Assembly: GCA_965235115.1 (NCBI GenBank) | Contig: OZ249446.1 | Coordinates: 21,018,001 to 21,082,000, forward strand | Direction of reading: 5' to 3' | DNA length: 64,000 nt | Origin: Laetmonice hystrix | Taxonomy: Eukaryota | In this document: piece by piece, positions 1 through 13,145 of the stretch | Layout of the letters: every line of letters starts with the position of its first letter | How positions within the stretch are numbered: the first letter of the stretch is position 1 | Position numbers and translations under genes: made by a program | Notes under the pieces: model-generated | Seen by the model: only the letters and a program-made list of their open reading frames with translations | Database searches by the model: none | What the model was told of the DNA's origin: nothing

Positions 1-160
1 TCCATTCTCACACTTCACCGCGGTCCTCAAGATAACCAATAAGGTTCTCACGCCCATATTGAGATCAGTACCAGCATGCTCCCGATATATACATTAGGCA
101 TAGGCAAAAGAGCAGAGTCCAGTTCTTTTTCTGTGTTTTTCTTTTACTGTAAGAGAGTAA

Positions 161-730
161 GGCTGAGCCGATCGGAGCTTAATATGAGCTGAGCTAGAGA
201 GTGGCTGAGCCGCTCGGAGCTTAATGTGAGCTGAGCTAGAGAGTAACACTGAGCCGATCGGAGCTTAATATAAGCTCAGCTAGAGAGTGGCTGAGCCGAT
301 CGGAGCTTAGTGTGAGCTGAGCTTGAGAGTAACTGAGCCGATCGGAGCTTAATATGAGCTGATCTAGGGAATGGCTGAGCCGATCGGAGCTTAGTGTGAG
401 CTGAGCTTGAGAGTAACTGAGCCGATCGGAGCTTAATATGAGCTGATCTAGGGAGTGGCTGAGCCGATCGGAGCTTAATATGAGCTGAGCTAGAGAGTAA
501 CTGAGCCGATCGGAGCTTAATGTGAGCTGATCTAGAGAGTAACTGAGCCGATCGGAGCTTAATATGAGCTCAGCTAGCGAGTGGCTGAGCCGGTCGGAGC
601 TTAATATGAGCTGAGCTAGAGAGTAACTGAGCCGATCGGAGCTTAATATGAGCTCATCTAGAGAGTGGCTGAGCCGATCGGAGCTTAATATGAGCTGAGC
701 TAGAGAGTGGCTGAGCCGATCGGAGCTTAA
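161..730. repeat. 42-bp minisatellite, ~13 copies
   Basis: Unit GCTGAGCCGATCGGAGCTTAATATGAGCTGAGCTAGAGAGTG; GAGCCG anchors at 165, 207, 251, 293 and onward; GAGTGGCT and GAGTAACT variants are interspersed. Confidence 0.95.
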
Positions 731-1304
731 TTAAGCAATATCACTGAAAAAAGATAATCAGTGTTCTGCCCATGGCCGTGCTCCTGTTGAAAGCAGGAAC
801 AATATTTCCGGTTTTTCTCGTCTTCACGAGGGAGATAGGCCGAGCCGCTGTGAACTTAATTGAGTAGTACCACTGAAAAAAGGCTATGCTATCTAAGCTT
901 ACATTATTTTACATTGCAGACGTGAACAAAAAGCTGGAGCTGTGCTTGCAGGCCCGTTCGCTAGACTCGAGCCCTTTGGCTGGTGTTCGGAGTGGACTGC
1001 TATATATTCTCAGTCACTCATTAAACAGTATCGATGTACCTTCCTGACGACGGTTCCACTGATAACTCTGGCTGGGTAGTTGGGAGTCGACGACGAGGAA
1101 CTGTAATTGTACAGTAATGGCGACACGCTGCCTCAAGCGGGAGTGTGGATGTGCCTGTGATGTAAGGGGATTGGGATTCGTCTACATTCCACCACGGCTA
1201 AGGAGAAAATGTAATTTTGCTTTTAGAAAAAAATCTCCGAATACATGGGCGTCTCAGCGGACGGTGGTGGGTGGGATCTTTCGTTGTTTGCTATTTACTC
1301 GGTC

Positions 1305-1570
1305 GTCTCTTCATGATCGGGACGGGCCTCGCTTTCCGAATCTTGTGTGTCTCTTCATGATCGGGACGGGCCTCGCTTTCCGAATCTTGTGTGTCTCTTC
1401 ATGATCGGGACGGGCCTCGCCTCCCGAATCTTGTCCGTCTCCTCATGATCGGGACGGGCCTCGCCTCCCGAATCTTGTCCGTCTCCTCATGATCGGGACG
1501 GGCCTCGCCTCCCGAATCTTGCCTGTCTCCTCATGATCGGGACATAACCCGCCTCCCGAATCTCTGCCGT
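1305..1570. repeat. 44-bp minisatellite, ~6 copies
   Basis: Unit TCATGATCGGGACGGGCCTCGCYTYCCGAATCTTGTSYGTCTCY; CATGATCGGG at 1312, 1356 and onward. Confidence 0.93.
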
Positions 1571-1790
1571 CTTTGTTCAGCTACCTCCGCCGGCGGCATT
1601 CCGAGAGACCTTTATTCACCCAAGAGGAGGGCATTGGCAAAGAGCGGATATGTTTTTTACGGAACCGTTCTTGTTGACTGGGTACCGCATACTAGTACTT
1701 ACAGGTCGCCAGACAGAATGGTTATTTTATTTAAGTAAGCATGAGGAGAACATCTGATCATGCCTTCGTCGCTTTAATGAAATCCAATGA

Positions 1791-2028
1791 NNNNNNNNNN
1801 NNNNNNNNNNNNNNNNNNNNNNNNNNNNNNNNNNNNNNNNNNNNNNNNNNNNNNNNNNNNNNNNNNNNNNNNNNNNNNNNNNNNNNNNNNNNNNNNNNNN
1901 NNNNNNNNNNNNNNNNNNNNNNNNNNNNNNNNNNNNNNNNNNNNNNNNNNNNNNNNNNNNNNNNNNNNNNNNNNNNNNNNNNNNNNNNNNNNNNNNNNNN
2001 NNNNNNNNNNNNNNNNNNNNNNNNNNNN
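1791..2028. other. assembly gap (N run)
   Basis: Run of N. Confidence 1.
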
Positions 2029-2260
2029 GAGAAACAGAGAGAGAGAGAGTCCGAGAGACAGCGAGAGAGAGACAGACAGAGAGGCAGACAGACAGGCAGA
2101 CAGAGACAGACAGACAGACAGACAGACAGAGAGGCAGACAGAGACAGAGGGAGACACACAGACAGAGACAGACAGACAGACAGATAAAGAGAGAGACATA
2201 CAGAGACATACAGAGACAGACAGACAGAGGCAGACAGACAGAGAGACAGACAGACAGACT
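2029..2260. repeat. compound (GA)n/(GACA)n microsatellite
   Basis: Direct reading; the source of the SLSVCL/RQTD ORFs. Confidence 0.95.
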
Positions 2261-2635
2261 GTGAGTAGAGTTGACACAGGACATAGAGGTGGTCTGTGAC
2301 AGGTCAATGTCTACCATTTAGAATTCTATTGATGTTGCAACCAGTGGGTCTCATTAATATTGATGATGGGTGTGAGTGGCATGTCTCACGCCAGAGGTTT
2401 CAGAGATCGCCGGACACACAGATACAGAGAGAGACAGACAGAGACAGACAGACAGACAGACAGACAGAGTGTGAGTAGAGTTGACACAGGACATGGGGTA
2501 GAGGTGGTCTGTGACAGGTCAATGTCTACCATTTAGAATTCTATTGATGTTGCAACCAGTGGGTCTCATTAATATTGATGACGGGTGTGAGTGGCATGTC
2601 TCACGTCAGAGGTTTCAGAGATCGCCGGACACACA
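2261..2635. repeat. tandem duplication of a ~160-bp unique segment separated by a GACA tract
   Basis: GTGAGTAGAGTTGACACAGGACAT...CAGAGATCGCCGGACACACA at 2261-2420 and 2471-2635, with a few SNPs and indels. Confidence 0.9.
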
Positions 2636-3248
2636 GGCCTAGGTTATCTGATGCATGGAGAGGTGACGCTTCCTCTCTTTATATTCAGAGCTCGAATCAT
2701 TCCACTTGGACGACAATTAATGCTATATCTGATTGCCATTCCAGAGGGTAAATCAATTATTCACTTGTTGTATAGAGTGTCGAAATGACCGCAATACGGT
2801 GGCAGAGATTGGCGTCATTTGATTGGGTTGATGGAATCATGTTACGCCGTTGATACCTAATTTTTAGGCATGAAGATTCGAATTAATTTACGTGGAGGTA
2901 CAGTTTTTAACCCTTTATCAGGGCACAGTTTTTACTCAGTTTCTCCAGGAATGCTCCTTTTAATTCCAGTCAGAGTTTTTTTGCTTCTTTTTCAATTTGC
3001 CAGACTCATTATGTAGGTGTTGGCGAAACCATCATAATTTAAGATTGGCAATCACCGTATCTTCATAATACCGAGATCAGGGCGAGGTAAGGGGCAAAAG
3101 GCAACTTGAAAATGACATGTACACCCAGATTTCTGCCCAAAATACCGAGCAAAGATTGACACAATTCGGTGAAAAATAAAGGATTTTAGTTGAAGTCCAC
3201 TGCAGTTGGTATTGTCAAGAGAATCAAATTTAGCTTGATGTCGGTAAG

Positions 3249-3406
3249 TGCGCATGCGCATCGTATTGAACTTTTGATTGGCGCGCAGTGGTTGGAACGC
3301 TGGCGACCTCTAGTGGCAGACAAAGACAAACAATTCCGTCCGTGATTTAAGATTGCCCCCGGGTGGATCCTATATCTACAAAATTTGACTTTTTTTTCGC
3401 TTCCGG
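3249..3406. promoter_or_regulatory. promoter-like motif cluster (NRF1-like palindrome, CCAAT/E2F-like, CTCF-like, ETS-like)
   Basis: TGCGCATGCGCA 3249-3260; GATTGGCGCGC ~3276-3286; GCGACCTCTAGTGG 3303-3316 (reverse complement CCACTAGAGGTCGC); CTTCCGG 3400-3406. Confidence 0.35.
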
Positions 3407-5053
3407 CGTTTTTTCGCCCTGGTCGTCTATTGATCAAAGTTGACCGGCAAGGGCAGTTCTCATTGTTCATATCGAATACAGCTAAGGCGGTGTCATGTCG
3501 ATTCAAGTAATCCCTACATTGAATGAATCAGAGTCAGTAATCGGGTTAAAGGTTTTCGTTTCATGAATAGAAAATACTTCATATCTGCCTAATGACCCCT
3601 GTCTTAAAGGCACCATTGCAATTCTTTCGGAAAGTGTAAAGGTTTTCAATTTCTGGTGTAATTATTCCTGGAAGGAACATTGAACCAGGTCATGATATAT
3701 TTCACTGATATAAATGGATAGTAAGTAATTATATCTAACCTACTTTAATTAAAGCTCTGTATGGCGGGTAGCATGATGCTGTATGGTCTTGTCTTTAGGA
3801 TCCATTACAGTAATAGATTGCGGGATTGTGTGACCCTTTCGACTGACAGAAAGGGGAAAAAAACCAAGCCAATCCGCTAAAAGATTGTTCTTGGCCGCTT
3901 CTATTTCCTTTTACAGAAATTAAAGGATGTTCTCAATGTGTAAAATACTGCAGGATGTTTTTGTGTGTATATTTTGGGCCCTGAAACTTATTAAAACTTT
4001 TATTTGTTTGCATCATCATTACTTATCTTCGTTTCCAAACAAATTATTGGGTCGTTTTTTTTGGATTGAATAATAGTCCAGGACCTAATAACTTAGGTCG
4101 ACAGTAAAGATCCATAGGCCTGGCCTTATCTCTAACCATATAACCCCGGTCCCTACACCTCCCAAAACATACCCTATCCTTGTCCCTGACCATAACCCGA
4201 ACCCCTGCGGAATAAAAATTGTGGGGAAGTTACCATGGGGGAATAACCATGAAAGGTCACGTTTTGAAATTTGTGAGACAGCCCCTTTAACGGTATAATG
4301 CTGAGACAAATTCAGCGCGTTCGCCTCTGATGTGACAAAGACCGGATGGTGTTATATGTGGGCAGTGTTCGTTACTCCAGTGACGAACAAAGAACAACTC
4401 TGCAGTTTCCAGTTCCTCTATCCACTTTCCCGCGTACGGTTACATATGAAGAGGATCAGATATAAAGCAGCGTGGGAAAAACGAACGTAGCGTCAGAGGA
4501 CGACCGCGGGTCTGTCAGTGTCTTCACGCGGCATACACGTACCGACTGATTGGTCGGCTGACTGTTCCCAATAATCGGTGCGTGTATGCAAGGCAGATCT
4601 CCCGACAACTCGACTGGTTGTTGGGAGTAGTGGGTGGCTGGTTTTCAAAGGATGAGACTTCTACCGTTTACATACAATGTGGCACTCTGTATTTGGAATC
4701 TCACCAAGTCAGCACTCGATGTGAAAGCGGTCCCGTGCCCGCATTGACGTGAACAACCTTTGTCAAGGAATACTTGGAAAAGGGAAACACATCTATAGGT
4801 GCAGGTGAATGCAGCGCTTGCCCTCGCCACTATATATGTACGGTGTAATTAGTAGTAGTTGAAACGTTTGGGGAAAATGACACGCTGCACGTGATGTGGG
4901 CGGGGGGGGGGGGGCAAATACTTAAATATCTCTGCTTGCTATAGGTGTCGCGCTGCGAAAAATATTAGGGGGAGCGGGTGTTCCATGCATAAGAACTAAC
5001 AAGAAGCGCTTTAGTCAAAACTTGCTTGCATATAACGGTTATATATACCTTAA

Positions 5054-5583
5054 AGGGGCATATTATGAGGAACGTTAAAACTCGGTATTTCATAGAACTT
5101 TTGCTGTTTTCATAAAGAGATCCTTCATTAAAATTGCTTGGTAAACAAAGACAGACTTATCAGTTTCATTTTGCGTGAGAAATCGAAGTTTATTAAGCTC
5201 CTTTGCCCGCTTCTCTGCCGATTTCGTAAAATATTTTTTGGGTGGCATTCTGATGCCGGGCGATCGAGTGCCACTGCTGAATTGTTTACAACTAAGCAAA
5301 GCACGTGACTAAGCACATGCAGAGAGTGCACACACAGGATGTGACACAGTATGCAATTACACGGGTTGATGGAAGGTTATCCGCCAAATTATGGCGGGAG
5401 ATGTGCTATCGGGAGAAATATATAGGTTTGGTCGTATAGAACCTATTTGTGCTGCATACGCAGCGAAAACACGTCGGAGGACAAAATGCTGTGGTAGGAT
5501 TATTTACTTGTATCCCTAGTACACGGTCATGTTGGATAATTGCCGGAAATCCTAAAAAAAAACGTGTTTCATAGCATGCCCCT
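5054..5583 (-). mobile_element. non-autonomous DNA transposon (MITE), TTAA target, Kolobok-type termini
   Basis: TTAA|AGGGGCAT...ATGCCCCT|TTAA; 530 bp; a near-identical copy lies in the opposite orientation at 39705-40235 (strand label is relative to that copy). Confidence 0.85.
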
Positions 5584-6469
5584 TTAACGATTGAATGTGG
5601 TTTACGCGGTGCGTGATAAAGCGAACGCTGCACGTATATACTATATACTTGGATGTATATTATTAGATGCAGTACTCGTTCGTGGGTCTGGGACCACTCT
5701 GAACTGATTATGGGGAGGGCGGGCTTTGATTCAAATACTGGCACGTTGGGTCATTATTGTAATAGTGCAGCAAGAATACTTCACCCGGCAGACTTTTTTA
5801 ATATATATACTAAGATATATCTGAGTATATCAAAAAGAAGATATACTGCTGTTTCACAGAGATTCCGTTCCCTTAGTGCAGAATTACAATTACTCAAGCT
5901 ACTTTCCCTACGGGTATTAAGGCGATGATATATCTGTAAGACATAGAAGGCATAGAGTGATTTATGATAATGGTTGTAGCAGTGTCCGGGACGGTATAGA
6001 TTTAAGGTAAAATATTCTATAGACTCAGAGGATGTTTGCCGAAAGTTCTTTCCAAATTTAAAGTGTGTCTGTAGTGTTGGTCGTGGTTGTTAGTTGGTTG
6101 GTGTTTTTTTACCTCCTGTTGACAAAATGTTGGCAATCTTCAGGAAGGGAACACGTAGTTTCCCCCCTTTTTGTTCTGTTCAGCGAATGTTCGGTGAGAT
6201 TGGGCGAACCCCGCCTACCCTTACCGATCACTGGCTCGGGGTATTTTATGTGTAACACTGTATTTGAGAAGTCTATACGGTGCTTCTTTAATCGTCGTGG
6301 TTATAGAGTTACCTTCCATGGTGCATATCATTGCTTGGACTTGTATAAATTCTGCCTTGATGAGCGGAACCTCAGGGATCATTAGCCCATTCTTTATAAT
6401 TATCTTTACGATGTTCATTATCCTTCATCACGGCTAACAGCGCGTCCATTATTCCACCAAGGAGTTCTA

Positions 6470-7255
6470 ATCAGCAGTCGGTATTCTACTGGCCATATGG
6501 ACACGGAAATAACGTTACAACACAGTCGGTGTTCTACTGGCCATATGGACACGGAAATAACGCTACAACACAGTCGGTGTTCTACTGGTCATATGGACTC
6601 GGAAATAACGCTACAACAGCCTTACCTACCAATGGACACGGAAATAACGCTACAACACAGTCGGTGTTCTACTGGCCATATGGACACGGAAATAACGCTA
6701 CAACACAGTCGGTGTTCTACTGGCCATATGGACTCGGAAATAACGCTACAACAGCCTCACAATCAGCAGTCGGTGTTCGACTGGCCATATGGACTCGGAA
6801 ATAACGTTACCACACAGTCCGTGTTCTACTGGCCATATGGACACGGAAATAATACGCTACAACACAGTCGGTATTCTACTGGCCATATGGACACGGAAAT
6901 AACGTTACAACACAGTCGGTGTTCTACTGGCCATATGGACTCGGAAATAACGTTACCACACAGTCCGTGTTCTACTGGCCATATGGACTCGGAAATAACG
7001 CTACAACACAGTCGGTGTTCTACTGGCCATATGGACTCGGAAATAACGCTACAACACAGTCGGTGTTCTACTGGTCATATGGACTCGGAAATAACGCTAC
7101 AACACAGTCGGTGTTCTACTGGCCATATGGACTCGGAAATAACGCTACAACACAGTCGGTGTTCTACTGGTCATATGGACTCGGAAATAACGCTACAACA
7201 CAGTCGGTGTTCTACTGGCCATATGGACACGGAAATAACGTCACAACAGCCTCAC
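6470..7255. repeat. 48-bp minisatellite, ~16 copies
   Basis: Unit CACAGTCGGTGTTCTACTGGCCATATGGACTCGGAAATAACGCTACAA; reads as (MDSEITLQHSRCSTGH)n or (QSVFYWPYGLGNNATT)n. Confidence 0.95.
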
Positions 7256-7405
7256 ATACCAATTGCTTATTTGAAGTGGTCCATGCTAGACTCATACTTA
7301 CCACAGACATGTAACGATGTCGAGGATTTATTAAACTCATCACGCAAGCTTAGAATTTCCAGAGTCGTGTCGATTTACAAATAACCATTGCGCATGACAT
7401 AGGTT

Positions 7406-7507
7406 GAGGGAGGGAGATAGAGACAGAGAGAGAGATAGAGAAAGGGAGAGAGAGAGAGTGAGACAGAGACAGAGAAAGGGAGAGAGAGCGAGAAGGAGAG
7501 AGAGAGG
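7406..7507. repeat. imperfect (GA)n microsatellite
   Basis: Direct reading. Confidence 0.9.
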
Positions 7508-9777
7508 TCACTATGACCAGCAGAGTCCTTGGGCTGTCTCAGCTTTCCCCTCCCCACCCTACCAAACCGCACCCCCAAACCTCCCGCCCCTCTCCTCCCG
7601 GCATTCCATGGCCTATAACGACAGATCAATGGCCGCTTACGTAGACAGAGGTTTAGCGGAGAGCGGCGCGCGCCTTAATACCCGCAACCACCGCCACCGC
7701 AGCCTCCGCCGGTCACAGCCATCGACTCCGCCTGAGGATAGCGAGACGAAACCCGATTAGTCAACGCCGGGCGTTTGTCCTCGGCACGGCGAGCAGGAGT
7801 GAAACTGGAAGACGGGGCAGTCCTAACCTTGTTCTCAACAACACTCCTAACGATCTACTATGGATCTTTGCGAGGACATGATTGCAATGGCCGCCTGATT
7901 AATCTTTTTCTGCCGACAAATCTTTTTAACGGGGATTCTCAATACGATGCGGATTCTAGGTGACTTTCTGACCGGAACAGGAAGATTATTTGCCAGGATG
8001 CATTGCTTGCTAAGTATCAATAATATTACTGTGTGTTCCCCACCTAAAAGCAAAAAGAGCCAAGATAATTATAATTGTCATGCTTTCAGTATATCACTGC
8101 ATGTTAATTTTTGCTACAACATAGGGAGTGAAAGTGACGTCGTCCTGTGGGACGATAATAGGTGGAACAGAGCCACTTCCGGGGAATAGCGTACAGTTGT
8201 AAACATAGGAGAATCGCGGCATGTATGAATGTACAAGTTTAAAATATTTTGAGGCTAGATTTAGACTTATCACTCAGTGGCAGAAATCATCTGTGCAAAA
8301 TTGGAAACTAATAATTGCAGTATAGGCTTGGTGGAAGATGTCGTAAAGTTTGGCCCATTACTTTAACCATGTATTCCCCGGAACTGGCAAAATCCCACAA
8401 GATTGTAACATTACTTTCACTCCCTATACGGAGTGGAAATATGGCAATTACGACAGCTTTAAGGGAAGGAAGTCCTATTTCTATAGATCTTTAACGCTAT
8501 CAGGTATATAACTTCCATCACTTTTGACAATGTATCCCTTTAAGAATGCCAAAGGTTGTTTTGGTCTCACACAGTAAGTGACACTAGACCCATGCATTAT
8601 TTCCTCCCTTCTTCACTATCCCTGACAAAGTAACAGAAATATAACCACCTTTACCCCCAACCTGTCACTTCTCATACATTGGCAGAACGCAAGAGATTGA
8701 GTATGTGCCAAGGCATCCGGCTCAAGTCACTGCGTGGTGAGGCTGGCTCAGGGGCCGAGTGCCCTCTCAACTTGCCATGGAAGCGCTAGCTCTTTCCCAT
8801 GTCACGTGACCTAGACGTGCTCACGTGACCTGTCTGCCATCGGGCCGCTTTCATCCGAATGTACATGAAATGTAAGCCAAAACTCTATTGGTTCTGCCTC
8901 TAAGGCGGATATAATATCGGATGGGGCCAGAAAGAAACTGGAACACTGTTTTATTGACTATAACTTCTACAATTTTTATCACAATGTCATAATATTTTGC
9001 ACATGATATCAAATCACGTGATGATTGCAATGCCGGACCAGGGGACAGTGGCATAAATTCCCACTCGCTAAAATTGACATTGAAATTCATTGGCAATTTT
9101 GGCGAGCGGGGATTTATGCAATAGCCCCCAAGGTAGTTAACGTACTGTCGCACGTCTTAGGCAGGCTTGGTTCCACAGCTGTGCCTGAATGGCGTGACGT
9201 CGTAATTAGGACCAAAACCAAGAGTTTCAAAGGGAGGGGGGTCGACATGGAAAGCGAGCAAATAAGAGTTAAGTAAAGAAAATGTACAAGAATACTTTTA
9301 TATGGAAAAGTTGCTCAAAATGGGAGGGGGGCAGCCCCCCTTGCCCCTCTGAACCCTCCCTTTGATCCACCCATGCTATAATCAGGGTATGATTGAGACC
9401 GGTGGACGTCACTTAATGTTGAGCGTCCGCTGTAAGCGCAGCCCTCCAATCAGATTGAAGCACCCTCGGGGCCACCCTTGGGGGCGTTTCAACCTTGACC
9501 TTCAGCGGTTCTCGGGTTGGCAGCTGTCACCAACGACCTCACGTCATGACGGCCGGATAAAACAGGCCGCTCGCTGCGGGAACGTTTATCGGTTAGAAAT
9601 CGCGAGGAAAAGGGGCGTTATCAATCGAGAATGACGTCTTGTCTTTGTGCAAGTGAGCGAGTGAGTGAGTGAGTGAGTGAGTGAGCTGAAGAATAAATAA
9701 ATGCAGTTTGAACCGGGGAGAGCTCATTTTCCTGGAAGGAGTAATATCTGAACAACTTATATCTAGATATTCCTTAA

Positions 9778-10097
9778 AGGGAACATTGACATTCTCTATC
9801 CTCGTTATGAGTAAATATCAACGGTGGCATAAAGACCCTCATTACATGATTTAAGGCTATTATATTTCAAGCTGAACTCGCAAATTGTAAACAAACCGCT
9901 GTGCCATTCACTGGCGGTGATAGGTTGACCATGTAGGCTCTTAAACACCCACGTGGTCAACTGGAACCAAGTCGGAAATGGTCAGAAACCTATTATGCGG
10001 CACTCTCAGACCAGTGAGATTATATATACAATCGGATACATAAATATGACCATTGATACCTTTTGCATTCCCTTATGGGCATAGTTCAAGGTTCCCT
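9778..10097. mobile_element. TTAA-flanked MITE, Kolobok-type termini
   Basis: TTAA|AGGGAACATTGA ... TCAAGGTTCCCT|TTAA; TIRs match at 11 of 12 positions; 320 bp. Confidence 0.65.
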
Positions 10098-12460
10098 TTA
10101 AGGATAAATATGAAACAATTTTTTTATGGAAAGCCCTGCTGCAGCCGTATTTTTCTTTGGGAATTGACAGTCATCCATGTAGGAAACATGCATATACATC
10201 ATGCATGTTTGTGTGTGTGCATGCATGCGGTCGATATGTATTGTTGGCATTACAGGCTACGTGCATGGTTTAATTCCCATGGTTGCAGCGAGGGGGTCTA
10301 TGACTGGAGTTGGAATCCCGCGGGGATTGGGACTAATGTGGTTCACAGCTATCACCAAAGGAATTCAGAATCGCGTAATTGGTCCTTATTTACTCCTCCT
10401 GAATCGATAAATACTTCATGGATCGTTCTTGTTGTGTTCACAGAGCCCCTGTGTCTTCAATGATAGCCGTATATGACGATGAGAAAATACGACTGTTAGT
10501 TAAGCGCACACTAATTTCGCTTTTAAACATATTAGTCTGTTTCTGTTTAGTAATGGCAGTTGAGACGTGGGTAAGTGCTCCAATGAGTGGCTGCTTTGTC
10601 TGGCGCTAGCTATTATATAAGACTGCTTTGTTTGTGATGTATGTTTTGCATCGAAAGGAAGGCGGCACATGATTGCCTCTTTAGAAACGTTGAATTAAAG
10701 AAAGGGCACGTCCTTGAGAAGAAGGGGCATGCATCAAGGAAAAGGAGATTTCCTTCAGCACATCTAATCATAGCAACAATGCTTTATGTGTTTCTCCTTC
10801 TATTGTTTTGTCTGGAGACGTTCAAATAGCTGAACGAATACCCGATATATCGAACTGTATTCATGACTGGATAATCGACAAGGAATACAATTACCTCGCC
10901 AAACAAAAAGCTGCATTGTAAAGGTTGGATTTTCGCCTCAATGTCCGAAGATCTTACTGACAGTACCAAAATAACCAATCAACAACCGGTACGCCGAATC
11001 ATTGCCATCGGCGTATGCTAATTTTGTTCTTGTTCTTCTTGCACTCGCACCAAAGTAAAGGAACAGCGTTGGAGAATATACTTTCTTGATTATTCCAAAG
11101 GGTAGAGTCAATACTCGTCTGCCCATTCCCACGCCACGATGGTCCAGCGCCGGTGGTGATGGGTTCACTCCTCCAGTATTGTTCCTGGTCATTTCAACGG
11201 AATCCGCCCAACCGGAAGTCTGTCCTACACCGATGACCTTTGCCACAGAACTGTTTATTTCGGTGGAGGCGCTGTCGATGCCAGTGCGCGCAGTATCGAT
11301 GCGACCCTTCCGGTATGACCCTCAGTCGTGTTATTCTAAGACGGTTCTGTGGGATATTCCTTTATCCATAACAATGAGATTATCATCAAATGATTTGGTT
11401 TGGGAGTTGCAGTGAGAAGGGAGGGGTGTGTGCTAGCCATTCTCTGCTGATCATTGACTTTTGTTGAAAGGCTGGAACTCAGGCAAGCATAAGAGGATAT
11501 CATTTGTAATCTGGCGGCTGGCGCAATATCTTAGGCTTTATCTTCCTTTTTGTGTATTGAGTCTGGCTTTTGTTAAAGGTTCGAATTTAACCTTTAGTTT
11601 TCCTTTTGAGGCTGATTTGCTCGTTGTACCTTAACAGCCAATCAGAACGCCAATGGGCTTTCATGGCGATGGGCTTTCATGGCTTAACTACATTATTTGG
11701 TTCAACCCTGTATGCCACGACTAATACCTCCCAGTAATAATTACTACCGATACTTCAATGTTTAATACCAAGAGAATAATGTACCTTTGGAGTTTCTGGG
11801 AACTCCAACGTTACTAAGCTATCAACCTGGCCAGGACTGTGAATTCCTGTCCCGAATTGAAAAATAACACTTCTTCAGGTGGAACGGTAAGATTATTGCT
11901 CGAAGCTTCCAGAGAGTTACACTTTAACCTAGAGAAATCAATGCAATCCTTTATTAAAGTGAATCTGCAGACAGGAAGCAGAAAGAGGAGTGTAGGGCTG
12001 ACATTAGGTTTAATTGACACCACTAAACGCCATCCGTCCTGGAAGTCTAGCCACTTCAAGATATTTGGACACAGAGAAGATAGATACCAGCTCCGTTTAA
12101 TTCCAAATTGCAAATTTTGTCTCTGCCCCGAAAGCGGATAGGTTGACTGAGCCTAAACCTCGGCATGGTTAAAGTGAGATTGGAGCATCGCTCAGGTTCT
12201 TTATCACATGGACGCATACATGCATACATATTGCCAAATTATACCTGAAGAGGATACAACAATCTTACCCGCCTCAAAGGATATCCTTCAGGGTGGCCAA
12301 GACTATTTATAGCCTTGCCGTACCGGAAGTGCGAGACATGAGTTTTTCAAACAGACACCTTGGCTTGGAACACAAACCTTCCTTCGACACGTCCTTGAAT
12401 TAAGGACGCACAGTGAAAAATTTGGACTTACATGTAAGTCCCTGATTCGCAGAATACGAA

Positions 12461-13116
12461 CTGACGTTGAGATATCTTTTTGAGTCTGGCGTTGAGATAT
12501 CGTTGTGAGTCTGGCGTTGAGATATCTTTGTGAGTCTGAGGTTGAGATATCTTTATGAGTCTGAGGTTGAGATATCTTAATTTGTGAGTCTGACGTTGAG
12601 ATATCTTTGTGAGTCTGACGTTGAGATATCTTTGTGAGTCTGACGTTGAGATATCTTTATGAGTCTGACGTTGAGATATCTTTGCGAGTCTTACGTTGAG
12701 ATATCTTTGTGAGTCTGACGTTGAGATATCTTTGTGAGTCGACGTTGAGATATCTTTGTGAGTCTGAGGTTGAGATATCTTTATGAGTCTGACGTTGAGA
12801 TATCTTTGTGAGTCTGACGTTGAGATATCTTTGTGAGTCTGACGTTGAGATATCTTTATGAGTCTGACGTTGAGATATCTTTGTGAGTCTGACGTTGAGA
12901 TATCTTTGTGAGTCTGACGTTGAGATATCTTTGTGAGTCTGACGTTGAGATATCTTTGTGAGTCTGACGTTGAGATATCTTTGCGAGTCTGACGTTGAGA
13001 TATCTTTGTGAGTCTGACGTTGAGATATCTTTATGAGTCTGACGTTGAGATATCTTTGTGAGTCTGACGTTGAGATATATTTGTGAGTCTGACGTTGAGA
13101 TATCTTTGTGAGTCTG
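12461..13116. repeat. 25-bp minisatellite, ~26 copies
   Basis: Unit GAGTCTGACGTTGAGATATCTTTGT, highly homogeneous. Confidence 0.97.
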
Positions 13117-13145
13117 CTATTAAAGGATTTAAGCCTATACTGCAG

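Noticed and set aside
1727-2317. Long ORFs (SLSVCL/RQTD type, and those spanning N runs at 52164-52807 and 60052-60599)
   Set aside because: Produced by microsatellites and assembly gaps
2261-2635. Duplication next to a gap as a biologically meaningful event
   Set aside because: Adjacent to an N gap and microsatellite, so it may be a haplotype or assembly artefact; kept only as a repeat feature
10938-11246. Minus-strand ORF with NDSAYRLLIGY resembling a LINE RT C-terminus
   Set aside because: No RT core motifs upstream; similarity too weak
161-13116. Regular short direct repeats that superficially resemble CRISPR arrays
   Set aside because: Head-to-tail units without unique spacers, no cas genes, eukaryotic context
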